Assembly: GCA_039181265.1 (NCBI GenBank)
Contig: JBCDCU010000002.1
Location: 1 to 63,317 of the forward strand
Reading direction: 5' to 3'
DNA length: 63,317 bases
Source of the DNA: Pseudomonadota bacterium
Lineage (GTDB): Bacteria; Pseudomonadota; Alphaproteobacteria; Rhizobiales; JACESI01
The notes beneath the pieces were generated by a model that saw nothing but the letters and a program-made list of their open reading frames with translations, did not search any database and was not told the origin of the DNA. Of this stretch, positions 27,001 through 35,066 are shown piece by piece; within the stretch, counting starts at the first letter, position 1, and each line of letters starts with the position of its first letter. Made by a program: the position numbers and the translations under genes.

Positions 27001-27133
27001 CCGGGCGAATGCCTGCAGAACTACATCGACTTCTAATCGCCAGGTCGCGGGTTCGAATCCCGCCACTGCCGCCATTATTGCAGTGTAGCTCAGTGGTAGA
27101 GCAGGAACGTTTTGCAAATACCTTGTCGCCCGA
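27001..27133 (+). ncRNA. Y-RNA-like module 2 (YrlA-like) enclosing a circularly permuted tRNA-like domain
   Basis: The closing helix pairs CGGGCGA (27002-27008) with TCGCCCG (27126-27132). Inside are three tRNA-like elements. The first is a T-arm, GCGGG-TTCGAAT-CCCGC (27047-27063). The second is an acceptor-like hairpin, CACTGC-cgccattatt-GCAGTG (27064-27085), which includes a CCA. The third is a D-arm, GCTC-AGTGGTA-GAGC (27088-27102). The order T-arm, acceptor, D-arm is the permutation expected for YrlA-type RNAs. Confidence 0.7.
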
Positions 27134-27184
27134 CAAGACCCCAACAAGCATGAAGGGATGCGAGCAGGATTACAGGTAGACGCA

Positions 27185-27290
27185 GTCCATTCCAGGCGAA
27201 TGGATGGCTGAGGGTAAAACCAAAAAGCGTGCTGGTTCAAATCCAGCCCGGATCGATCCCGAAAGGGATGAGCCGGTGGCGGAATTTTCA
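27185..27290 (+). ncRNA. Possible third structured RNA element (second T-arm-like hairpin plus GNRA-capped hairpin)
   Basis: Three hairpins are present: TCCATTC-caggc-GAATGGA (27187-27205), GCTGG-TTCAAAT-CCAGC (27231-27247) and ATCCC-GAAA-GGGAT (27255-27268). No D-arm partner was found, so the boundaries and identity are uncertain. Confidence 0.35.
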
Positions 27291-27315
27291 TCTTGCTCAT
27301 CACTTGCCCTTCACG

Positions 27316-27357
27316 GTGCGGGCGGCAAACGTGGCGCCCGCACTCGAAATTTTCGAG
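27316..27357 (+). terminator. GC-rich hairpin plus T-containing tail between the Y-RNA region and rtcB (terminator or attenuator candidate)
   Basis: A 9-bp stem pairs GTGCGGGCG (27316-27324) with CGCCCGCAC (27335-27343). It is followed by TCGAAATTTTCGAG. The U-tract is interrupted, so it is likely leaky if it is functional. Confidence 0.4.
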
Positions 27358-27375
27358 GGTTTAAGGAAAAGACCA

Positions 27376-28791
27376 ATGACTGAAGAGAACAAAGAAACAC
27401 TCACAAGCGACATCCTGGCTTCTTGGGGCCATATTCCGGGTAAAGCCTTCGGCGCAGCCCTGCGTGATGGTGCGCAAGCGCTTGAAGCGGGAAAGTCATT
27501 GGCCGAAGTGCGTGAGCTTCTTGAACCCTATAAACCGGCGCCGGTCCTTCCATTGGAAGCGAGCGGAGAAAAGCCGTTTCAGGTCAACATCGAAGCCGAC
27601 AGTTTCGATGAGGAAGAAAACATCATCAATGTCAAAGAGCATATGACGGAGCTGATGCGCACGCCGACGATTGAAACGGGCGCGATTATGCCGGATGCCT
27701 GTCCTGCAGGTCCGCTTGGAACCATTCCGGTCGGCGGCGTTGTCGCTGCCCGAAATGCCATCCATCCGGGTATGCACTCAGCGGATATCTGCTGTTCTGT
27801 GATGATCTCCAATCTCGGCAAGGTTGACCCGAAAAGCGTTCTCGATGCAGCGCAGTCCGTCACCCATTTCGGGCCGGGCGGGCGTAAACAGGGCCAGCGG
27901 TTCACTGTGAGCCAGAAGCTTGTCGATGCGTTTCGGGAAAACCGGTTTCTGGCAAACCCGAAGATCCAGCGCATGATGCATGAGCATATGGGGACGCAGG
28001 GCGACGGCAATCATTTCCTGTTTGTCGGTAAATCCCGCAAGACAGGGGATACTTGCATTGTGACCCATCACGGTTCCCGTGGACCGGGGGCAGGGCTCTA
28101 CAAGCTTGGGATGGATGTCGCGAACCGGCATCGCCGGACCTTGTCGCCGGAAACCCTGAAGCAGAACGCCTGGATTCCGGCCGATTCAGAAGATGGGGTC
28201 GACTATTGGGAAGCCTTGCAGCTTGTCCGCAAATGGACGAAGGCGAACCATACGGGCATCCATCAGGCAACTGTTGAGGCGGTTGGTGCGGACTTGGCGG
28301 ATCGCTATTGGAACGAGCACAATTTCGTCTTCAAGCGGGGTGATCTTTTCTATCATGGAAAGGGTGCGACACCGGCCTGGGATGATTTTGCGGCCGATGC
28401 AACCGGCTTGACGCTGATCCCGCTCAATATGTCCGAGCCGGTTCTCGTCGTGAAAGGCAAGGACGCCAAGCATGGTCTTGGCTTCAGCCCGCATGGCGCA
28501 GGCCGGAACTTCTCGCGCTCCGAGCACAAACGGCGGAACAGCTCGCTGACGCCGAAGGAGATGTTGAAGATGGAAACGGACGGACTGGATATCCGGTTCT
28601 TCGAAGACAAGATCGACATTTCCGAATTGCCGTCAGGCTATAAGAATGCGGAGTCCGTCGTTCGTCAGATCGACAAATTCGCGCTCGCAGACGTGGAAGA
28701 TTACATCGATCCCTACGGATGCATTATGGCGGGCGACATCGAACCCTTCTGGAAGACACAGAAGGACAAAACCAAAGGTGCGCGGCGCTGA
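27376..28791 (+). CDS. rtcB: RNA ligase RtcB
   Basis: The ATG at 27376 follows AAGGAAAAG. RtcB-type motifs are present: MPDAC..G..G, GDGNHFLF, HHGSRGPG, HGKGAT and SPHGAGRN. The listed GTG start at 27229 would translate through the T-arm-like RNA element and is rejected. Confidence 0.9.
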   Translation: MTEENKETLTSDILASWGHIPGKAFGAALRDGAQALEAGKSLAEVRELLEPYKPAPVLPLEASGEKPFQVNIEADSFDEEENIINVKEHMTELMRTPTIETGAIMPDACPAGPLGTIPVGGVVAARNAIHPGMHSADICCSVMISNLGKVDPKSVLDAAQSVTHFGPGGRKQGQRFTVSQKLVDAFRENRFLANPKIQRMMHEHMGTQGDGNHFLFVGKSRKTGDTCIVTHHGSRGPGAGLYKLGMDVANRHRRTLSPETLKQNAWIPADSEDGVDYWEALQLVRKWTKANHTGIHQATVEAVGADLADRYWNEHNFVFKRGDLFYHGKGATPAWDDFAADATGLTLIPLNMSEPVLVVKGKDAKHGLGFSPHGAGRNFSRSEHKRRNSSLTPKEMLKMETDGLDIRFFEDKIDISELPSGYKNAESVVRQIDKFALADVEDYIDPYGCIMAGDIEPFWKTQKDKTKGARR

Positions 28792-28900
28792 AAGGCGTGA
28801 TGGCGCGCACCTTGGAGCCCCAATAGGCTCTGATCGGTAAGAGGCTTTGCTGGCGCGTATGGTGTCAGCAGGCTTCTGCCGATGCCGCTTCGCCCGTCCG

Positions 28901-30424
28901 TTACCCGTAGAGGATGTTGAATCGATCCTTTATGGCGTCTTCCTGTTCGGGGGTTAGATGGGCGGGATGGTGTGTCTCAAGGATATGATCGACCCGTTGG
29001 CGCGCTGCCGTCCAGGCATCCTGACAGCCATTTTCCGCCCAGGTTCGCGGTTGCTCGCGGTCAGCAAGGGAAGGGTAGAAATAGTCCCGTTCCATCGCGG
29101 CATAGGTGTGTTCGCCGCCGAGGAAATGCCCTTCACCCGTAACAGCCTCGATGATTGCCTCATAGCCGAGATTATCGTCCGTCACTTCAATGCCGCGAAG
29201 CGCCCGGTAAGTATGCGAGTGCATTTCATCATCAAGCACGAAGGCTTCAAAGCTCACCCCGAGGAGCGAGGCCGTCATGCCGGAACTTTCATAGATGAGA
29301 TTGCCGCCGGCAAGCGCTGCGGCAAGAGAGGTGAGGCCCTTTTCCATACCGTATTGCGCGTCGATTGCCTTTGCATCGGTCATTGAACAGGCAACGCCGG
29401 AGGGAAGGCCGAGCCAGTTCGACAATTGCGCGGAAGCCGCATTCAAGACAGCCGTTTCGCCGCTCCCGCCGGAGAAGGCTCCGGTGCGAAGATCAACCAC
29501 CAGGGGCCAGTTTGAAAAGACCATCGGATAGCCCGGCTGAATGGTGTAGACCATGACCAGACTGGCGAGGGTTTCGGCGAGTGACTGCGCCAAAAAACCT
29601 GCGAGCGTCGCCGGTGCCGTCGCGCCCGCCTGGGCGGCGGTGATGCACGAGATCGGAATATTGTATTTGATGCACTCATAGACCACGTCGACCGCATCTT
29701 CGCCGAACCGCATGGGCGAGATGACCGGGCTGATATGGGCTTTCAGGAACGGCCGCTCTGAAAATTTGCCTGGGCCCCCGGCGGCAATGTCGAGCATCTC
29801 AACGATCGGCGCGACGTGGCTTGCCAATGTGAACGAAGTCGCCGTCGGTTTCGTCGTGTTCTTTAAAAGCGCGTAGGCCGTATTGACGTCGAGATCGAAA
29901 TTATCCGGAACGTCCGTTGCGACACAACAGCGTGTGTACCAGCTCACATTGGAAAGCGTGTCCTGAAGCCGTGTGAAATCGTGCAAATCTTTCAGGGTCG
30001 ACGGCCGATAGATCCGGGTTTCGAGATCAAGGGTCTGGACGGCAGCTCCGCCGGTGCCGAAGTGAACGCGGTTTCCGCCGATCTCGATGGAGCGGGCGGG
30101 GTCGCGGCCATGGAGGACGAATGTCTTCGCAGCCGCTTTGATGGCGCTCTCGACGAGCGTGCGCGGGAGCAGGATCCGGCCGCTATCGTTTTTCGTGGCA
30201 CCGGCTTTCAAAAAATCCGTTTCAAGCCGCGCCGGGACCTCTCCCATCCCGAGATTTTCAAGGAGCTTCAGGGCCGTCTCAAATATGCGGGCGAGGTCTG
30301 CTTCGGTGAGCGGCTTATAAGTACCGCCGATCTGACCGGGCGGGCAGGGGTCGAAGACGGGCTTTGCTGCCCGTTTTGCCAAGCGTCCTTTGCGTCCTCC
30401 GCGTTTGATACCTTCTGCGCCCAT
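28901..30424 (-). CDS. MttB-superfamily (trimethylamine methyltransferase-like, non-pyrrolysine) protein
   Basis: The ORF is full length with no in-frame TAG. A strong SD (GGAGGATAAA) precedes the ATG at 30424. The sequence character matches MttB-family proteins (GGNRVHFGTGGAAV, GAFSGGSGETA, DDEMHSH). Confidence 0.8.
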   Translation of the reverse strand: MGAEGIKRGGRKGRLAKRAAKPVFDPCPPGQIGGTYKPLTEADLARIFETALKLLENLGMGEVPARLETDFLKAGATKNDSGRILLPRTLVESAIKAAAKTFVLHGRDPARSIEIGGNRVHFGTGGAAVQTLDLETRIYRPSTLKDLHDFTRLQDTLSNVSWYTRCCVATDVPDNFDLDVNTAYALLKNTTKPTATSFTLASHVAPIVEMLDIAAGGPGKFSERPFLKAHISPVISPMRFGEDAVDVVYECIKYNIPISCITAAQAGATAPATLAGFLAQSLAETLASLVMVYTIQPGYPMVFSNWPLVVDLRTGAFSGGSGETAVLNAASAQLSNWLGLPSGVACSMTDAKAIDAQYGMEKGLTSLAAALAGGNLIYESSGMTASLLGVSFEAFVLDDEMHSHTYRALRGIEVTDDNLGYEAIIEAVTGEGHFLGGEHTYAAMERDYFYPSLADREQPRTWAENGCQDAWTAARQRVDHILETHHPAHLTPEQEDAIKDRFNILYG

Positions 30425-30712
30425 TTTATCCTCCGCGCCGGATAGTGGCTCAGGACGGGTCGGCTTTTCAAGATGGTTTTATAAGGTGTTTGTTTCTTCT
30501 AAACCGAACGGTTGAGACATCTAAGCTCTTGAGCGCTAAAGCAGATGGGACGCTCTATCGTCGTGGTGATGGGCGTAGGGCGGGTATAGGGAATATGTGC
30601 AAGGAGCCGATAGTGACGAATTGGAGATCTTAGTGTCAGCGATACCAACGCATGGCTGTCGTCCGTTTCGCCAACACCTGTATTATCCGCCTTTATCAAA
30701 GCTTGAGATTCA

Positions 30713-30748
30713 TGGAAAAACGCATGGTGATGTGTCCATCGCCATGCG
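30713..30748 (-). terminator. Rho-independent terminator downstream of cynS
   Basis: On the minus strand a 12-bp stem (one G-U) pairs CGCATGGCGATG with CATCACCATGCG around a 4-nt loop. It is followed by GTTTTTCC and lies 144 nt after the cynS stop. Confidence 0.7.
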
Positions 30749-30891
30749 TCCGGTTTGCACTAGGAAAACTCAAGGCTTAATTCGCAGGCTGTCTTTGCCG
30801 AAGTGGCGTCCCAAATTGGATAAGCCCTACTGCGGCCAGATCACTTTAACACTGTGGCCTTGTTGAAGGCGTAAGTGGATGATTTGCCAGT

Positions 30892-31356
30892 CTACCAGCT
30901 GTTGTAGCTCAGGAACTTCCCTGACATTTCAACTTTCACCCGGTCTCCCTTCGGGTTAGGGACCCGGCTCACGACCATATCAAAGTCGATCGCGGACATA
31001 ATCCCATCCCCGAATTCCTCCTGGATAAGGGCTTTCAATGTTGGAGCATACACGCCAACTATCTCATAAAACCGATACATACACGGATCAGTTGGAACCG
31101 TCTGTTCCCATATCTTGGTTGGATATTCTTCAAGCACTTCCACCACTTCCTGCGGCAAACCCAGAACCTGCACCAGTGCGAGTGCTTTTTCCTTAGGCAT
31201 GGTATTCATTCCAAGGCAGGCAGAGTGTGTCCAGGCTGGGGACATGGAGATTTTGTCAGCGATTTCCACCCAAGTCATGCCGGTTTTCTTTTTCTGAGCC
31301 AGAATGATCTGCGCGACGTCGTCTTTGGTCAGCATTTGTGGAATTTCAATTGTCAT
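30892..31356 (-). CDS. cynS: Cyanase (cyanate hydratase)
   Basis: The protein is 154 aa. The C-terminal half reads VPTDPCMYRFYEIVGVYAPTLKALIQEEFGDGIMSAIDF, which closely parallels my recollection of E. coli CynS ([39 protein letters not shown]). Confidence 0.9.
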   Translation of the reverse strand: MTIEIPQMLTKDDVAQIILAQKKKTGMTWVEIADKISMSPAWTHSACLGMNTMPKEKALALVQVLGLPQEVVEVLEEYPTKIWEQTVPTDPCMYRFYEIVGVYAPTLKALIQEEFGDGIMSAIDFDMVVSRVPNPKGDRVKVEMSGKFLSYNSW

Positions 31357-31373
31357 GTCAGTCCCTATTCAGT

Positions 31374-32306
31374 TTAGTCGTTAACGGCACGAAGGTGCGG
31401 TCTTTCGATTTCCTCGGTTTCATCATCGGACTTTTCCAGGCGGTCGATCCTTACTGTTTCTGGTGTATTCACGGCGCCGTCACTGCTCTTGCTGGCGAGT
31501 TCTTTTGATCTTGTGGCCAGAAAATGGACGAGGTGATTCCGAATGGCGTAGTAATTCGGGTGTTCAATGATCTCATCGCGTTTGCGCGGACGCGGGATAG
31601 TAATTTCAACTGCCTCAGCAACCCGGGCGAAGGGGCCGTTGGTCATCAACAATATTCGGTCCGCCAGCAATATTGCTTCATCAATGTCATGGGTGATCAT
31701 GAAGACGGTTTGTTCAGTGCCACTCCAGATTTTCAGCAATTCATCCTGAATGGTGCCGCGCGTAAGAGCATCAAGCGCACCAAAGGGTTCATCAAGCAAA
31801 AGCAACTTTGGATGGTTTGCAAAGGCGCGTGCGATTGATACACGCTGGCGCATGCCACCAGACAGCTGGGATGGCTTACGATGGATTGCATCGCCTTCCA
31901 AACCAACCATTGCGAGGTACTTTTTCGAATGGTCGGCAACCTGTGCGGATGACCATTCGGGATGGCGGGCCGAAACGCCGAAGGTCACGTTTTTCAAAGC
32001 AGAAAGCCAGGGCAAAAGAGAATAGTTCTGGAACACAACGCCGCGATCAAGACTCGGGCCTGAGACCTCTTTGCCATCCATAATGACCGTGCCGCTGGTC
32101 GGCTCAGCAAGCCCGGCAAGCACATTCATGATTGTCGATTTCCCACAACCGGAATGGCCGAGGATACAAACAAACTCCCCCTTATCCACGCTAAACGAGC
32201 TGTTCTCAAACACTGTTAGCATGCCACCTGCGCCGTCAGGAAATTGCTGCGTCAGACGCTCAATTGATAGAAATGGCTTCGACACGGTCTTCTCCTTATT
32301 CAGCAT
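31374..32306 (-). CDS. ABC transporter ATP-binding protein, nitrate/cyanate/bicarbonate (NrtD/CynD-like) type
   Basis: The Walker A motif (GHSGCGKST), signature (LSGGMRQR) and Walker B motif (LLLLDEPF) are present. The gene overlaps the upstream permease by 11 nt. Confidence 0.9.
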   Translation of the reverse strand: MLNKEKTVSKPFLSIERLTQQFPDGAGGMLTVFENSSFSVDKGEFVCILGHSGCGKSTIMNVLAGLAEPTSGTVIMDGKEVSGPSLDRGVVFQNYSLLPWLSALKNVTFGVSARHPEWSSAQVADHSKKYLAMVGLEGDAIHRKPSQLSGGMRQRVSIARAFANHPKLLLLDEPFGALDALTRGTIQDELLKIWSGTEQTVFMITHDIDEAILLADRILLMTNGPFARVAEAVEITIPRPRKRDEIIEHPNYYAIRNHLVHFLATRSKELASKSSDGAVNTPETVRIDRLEKSDDETEEIERPHLRAVND

Positions 32307-33297
32307 AGGCTACGGTGCGTTGCAGCCGGGCAAAGGCAGCGTCCAACAACATGCCGACGACACCGATCAGCAGGATGGCAACGATCATGCGGTCAAGGCG
32401 CAAGCCATTCCATTCATTCCAGACGACATATCCAATTCCAGTGCCACCCACGAGCATTTCGGCAGCGACAATCACAAGCCACGCAATACCGATGGAGATC
32501 CGCATTCCGGTGATGATCGTTGGGGCTGCCGCGGGGAGAACAACCGTCAAAGCCGTGCGTACAGAACTCAATTCATGGGTCCGTGCGACATTCACCCAGT
32601 CAGCCCGAACATTTGCGACACCAAAGGCTGTATTCGTCAACATCGGCCAAAGGGAACATATGAAAATGACAAACAGGGAGGAGATCTCGCTGTCACCGAT
32701 GGTGAAGAGTGCAATTGGCATCCAGGCCAAGGGAGAAATGGGTTTCAAAACCTGAATATACGGATCCAAAGCCCTGTAAAACAAAGGCGACATGCCGATG
32801 AGAAACCCAAGTGGGATCGCAACGGCAGCGGCAAGCGTGTAGCCGATGACAACGCGAAGCAGCGAGTATCCCATCTGGATCCCGTAACCCATATCGTTAG
32901 TACCGGCGACATAGAAGGGATCAGTAAGCGTGTCCCAAAGCTCACTTCCGACTTGCGCCGGAGAAGGAAAGAGTGAACCGGGAGCCGGTGCGCTGTTTTC
33001 ATCGGGAACGCTGATTCCGAGCGCGCGAATGCCACCTGCCGCGTCAATCATAGCGCGAGACAAGTTTAGCGAGGCGATCTGTTCGAGCTGCGGGAATTCA
33101 ACCCCTTGTTTTGCATAATACTCGATATCTTCCGCGAGCATGTTCTTGCCCAATAGGGCATCTTTCTGTGTTTCAGAAAGCTTTACGCCAACCGGACCTG
33201 TGTTGGGCACATGCGTTGTGATCTGCCAGACTAAAAGGCCAATCACGAGGATAACCAGAGACAGTAATGTGCTGCGAATATCGAGTTTCTGGATCAT
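32296..33297 (-). CDS. ABC transporter permease (NrtB/CynB-like)
   Basis: It is a multi-pass membrane protein with an EAA-like loop ([22 protein letters not shown]), and it sits in an operon with the ATPase. Confidence 0.85.
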   Translation of the reverse strand: MIQKLDIRSTLLSLVILVIGLLVWQITTHVPNTGPVGVKLSETQKDALLGKNMLAEDIEYYAKQGVEFPQLEQIASLNLSRAMIDAAGGIRALGISVPDENSAPAPGSLFPSPAQVGSELWDTLTDPFYVAGTNDMGYGIQMGYSLLRVVIGYTLAAAVAIPLGFLIGMSPLFYRALDPYIQVLKPISPLAWMPIALFTIGDSEISSLFVIFICSLWPMLTNTAFGVANVRADWVNVARTHELSSVRTALTVVLPAAAPTIITGMRISIGIAWLVIVAAEMLVGGTGIGYVVWNEWNGLRLDRMIVAILLIGVVGMLLDAAFARLQRTVAYAE

Positions 33298-33382
33298 TCC
33301 GCCACCCTATGAAATCTATAGAAAAGACGGGGCGCGCATGATCCAGGTCATGCGCATCCCGCAAAAATGCCGCGAGACAGAT

Positions 33383-34810
33383 CTAGATCGTGCGACTGAA
33401 TGGCTGGCCGTTGATGAAGTCCTGAGCCGCATTGGGAGCAAACTCACGGCCTTGGATCTCGACGGGTGCGTAAACATCCTGCTCCGCATCAGCGAAGGTC
33501 AGATTTGGATTGGCCGCCATCATCTCGCGCATACGCTCACGCGTCGTGGTCGTAAGAACCAAATCCTCGGCAAGCGATGCGTAGTTGGCATCACTTTCGA
33601 TATAGTTCCAACGGCGAAGCTGAGAGAGGACCCAGGTGCCCATCGTTTGCGTTGGCAGGGGCATGAAAGAAATCCGATCTGGCACGTTCTTGATGTTGCC
33701 CTGACCGTCTGGGAAGACGCCCGTCAAAATCTGTTTCAAAATCTCTACGGGCTGATTTAGATAGTTTGCCGGCGCCATTGATTCCGCAAAGGCAACACGA
33801 CCCTCGGATGTTTCCGCTGATGCGGTCGCTTCCAGAATAGATGTTGTCAGCGCTACGGTCGTGTTGGGGTTTTCTGAAATGAACGTCTCGGAAAGACCGA
33901 ACACACAACACGGGTGTTGCTTCCAAAGATCAAGCGTCAGCTTGTGAATGAAGCCTACCTGGTCATAAACAGCACGCTGGCAGAACGGGTCAGGAGCCAA
34001 ATAGCCGTCCACGTTCTCCGAACGCAGGTTTGCAACCATCTCGGGCGGTGGGACAACGCGGATTTGAATGTCACGGTCCGGGTCAAGCCCGGCATCGGCC
34101 ACATAATTGCGCAGTAGCAGATTGTGCATGGAATACTCAAACGGGACCGCGAATTTGAACCCCTTCCAGTTCTTGGGATCCTGATTGTCGCGGTGCTTGT
34201 TCGCCAAGACAATTGCCTGTCCATTGGTGTTCACGTTGGACACCACTTTCCAGGGCTGCGCCGTCGAGCCAATTCCCAAAGACATCGCCATTGGCATCGG
34301 GAACAAGAGGTGCGAACCGTCGTATTCCCCGTTCAAACATTTGTCGCGTGAGACGGCCCATCCCGCAGTTTTCACGATATCAACATCAAGACCATAGCGT
34401 TGATAGAAACCAAGTGCATGACCGCCAATGATGGGTGTTGCGCAGGTGATTGGAACAAAGCCAAGTGTCAACTTGGTTTTCTCGAGGTTCTTGATCGCCT
34501 CCTCGGCCATCAACTGCAGCGATGAGAGAGGGAAAATTGTCGATACGGCTGCAAGAGCACCAGATACACCCGCGCTTTTCAAAAATGCACGTCGATTGAT
34601 ATCTGTCTTGAACAGGCCCTGCATGACAGAACTTTCAAGCGCCCGTGCCATGCCAAGTTCGGAATTCAGAGCCTGCTTTTCGCGGCGCTTCAAAATCTCC
34701 GCGTCTTCACGGGGTAGATCTTTGTATGGGTTCTCCGGCCCCGAAGAGGCCTCACCGCATTCGTTCCAAATGTCGATGTTCGGATTAAATGGATCCTTGA
34801 AATGCGTCAT
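33383..34810 (-). CDS. Tat-signal periplasmic substrate-binding protein (NrtA/CmpA/CynA-like)
   Basis: The RRAFLKSAGVSGALAAV twin-arginine motif sits ~70 aa into the ORF. The ATG at 34810 has a good SD (GAGGGGTGATGA). The internal ATGs at 34651 and 34624 lack one, so the long N-region may be real. Confidence 0.8.
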   Translation of the reverse strand: MTHFKDPFNPNIDIWNECGEASSGPENPYKDLPREDAEILKRREKQALNSELGMARALESSVMQGLFKTDINRRAFLKSAGVSGALAAVSTIFPLSSLQLMAEEAIKNLEKTKLTLGFVPITCATPIIGGHALGFYQRYGLDVDIVKTAGWAVSRDKCLNGEYDGSHLLFPMPMAMSLGIGSTAQPWKVVSNVNTNGQAIVLANKHRDNQDPKNWKGFKFAVPFEYSMHNLLLRNYVADAGLDPDRDIQIRVVPPPEMVANLRSENVDGYLAPDPFCQRAVYDQVGFIHKLTLDLWKQHPCCVFGLSETFISENPNTTVALTTSILEATASAETSEGRVAFAESMAPANYLNQPVEILKQILTGVFPDGQGNIKNVPDRISFMPLPTQTMGTWVLSQLRRWNYIESDANYASLAEDLVLTTTTRERMREMMAANPNLTFADAEQDVYAPVEIQGREFAPNAAQDFINGQPFSRTI

Positions 34811-35066
34811 TCATCACCCCTCTGCGTGCGCCGATACAGGTTTGTACAGCTTCGTGATCAAAGTTATTTTGTGAGTAATCCTGGCTGAGGAAGGTCGCCC
34901 AGGATACGTTGCTAAAAGAACTAGAGAGGCTTCAGTGACAAAAAAAGAGCGCGCCGCCATTTTAGCGGAGTTTTAAAAAGCGTTATAGAACAAATGCTTG
35001 CACAACTCTTAGATTATGGTCTGTTACGATAATTCATAAATTACGATATTTCGTGTATTTGTAGCG

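Noticed and set aside
27047-27102. A possible genuine tRNA gene, given the perfect T-arm and D-arm consensus.
   Set aside because: The elements are in permuted order (T-arm before D-arm). The acceptor stem is closed by a loop and there is no anticodon arm. It fits the tRNA-like domain of a YrlA-type Y RNA, not a tRNA.
27187-27205. A third copy of the CCNGGYGAATG Y-RNA 5'-strand motif (CCAGGCGAATGG).
   Set aside because: Here the motif is simply the loop and 3' arm of a local hairpin (TCCATTC-caggc-GAATGGA). No matching ACCTTGTC..CC 3' strand follows, so the resemblance is probably coincidental.
27229-27375. The ORF-track N-terminal extension of rtcB (GTG at 27229, an extra 49 codons).
   Set aside because: It would translate through a T-arm-like hairpin, a GNRA hairpin and a GC-rich terminator-like hairpin. 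The in-frame ATG at 27376 has an AAGGA Shine-Dalgarno, and the RtcB homology begins there.
28775-28813. A 10-bp inverted repeat, AAGGTGCGCG...CGCGCACCTT, spanning the rtcB stop codon, considered as a terminator.
   Set aside because: It has a 19-nt loop, no flanking T-run on either strand, and half of it is coding. It is not convincing as an intrinsic terminator.
34811-35066. A search for a -24/-12 (sigma54) promoter driving the cyn-type operon.
   Set aside because: No GG-N10-GC element with flanking TGGCAC/TTGC similarity was found on the minus strand by eye. The nearest candidates (CGGCGCACGCAGAGG, TGGCGGCGCGCTCTT) fail at the -12 element. This absence is used as supporting context only, not as proof.
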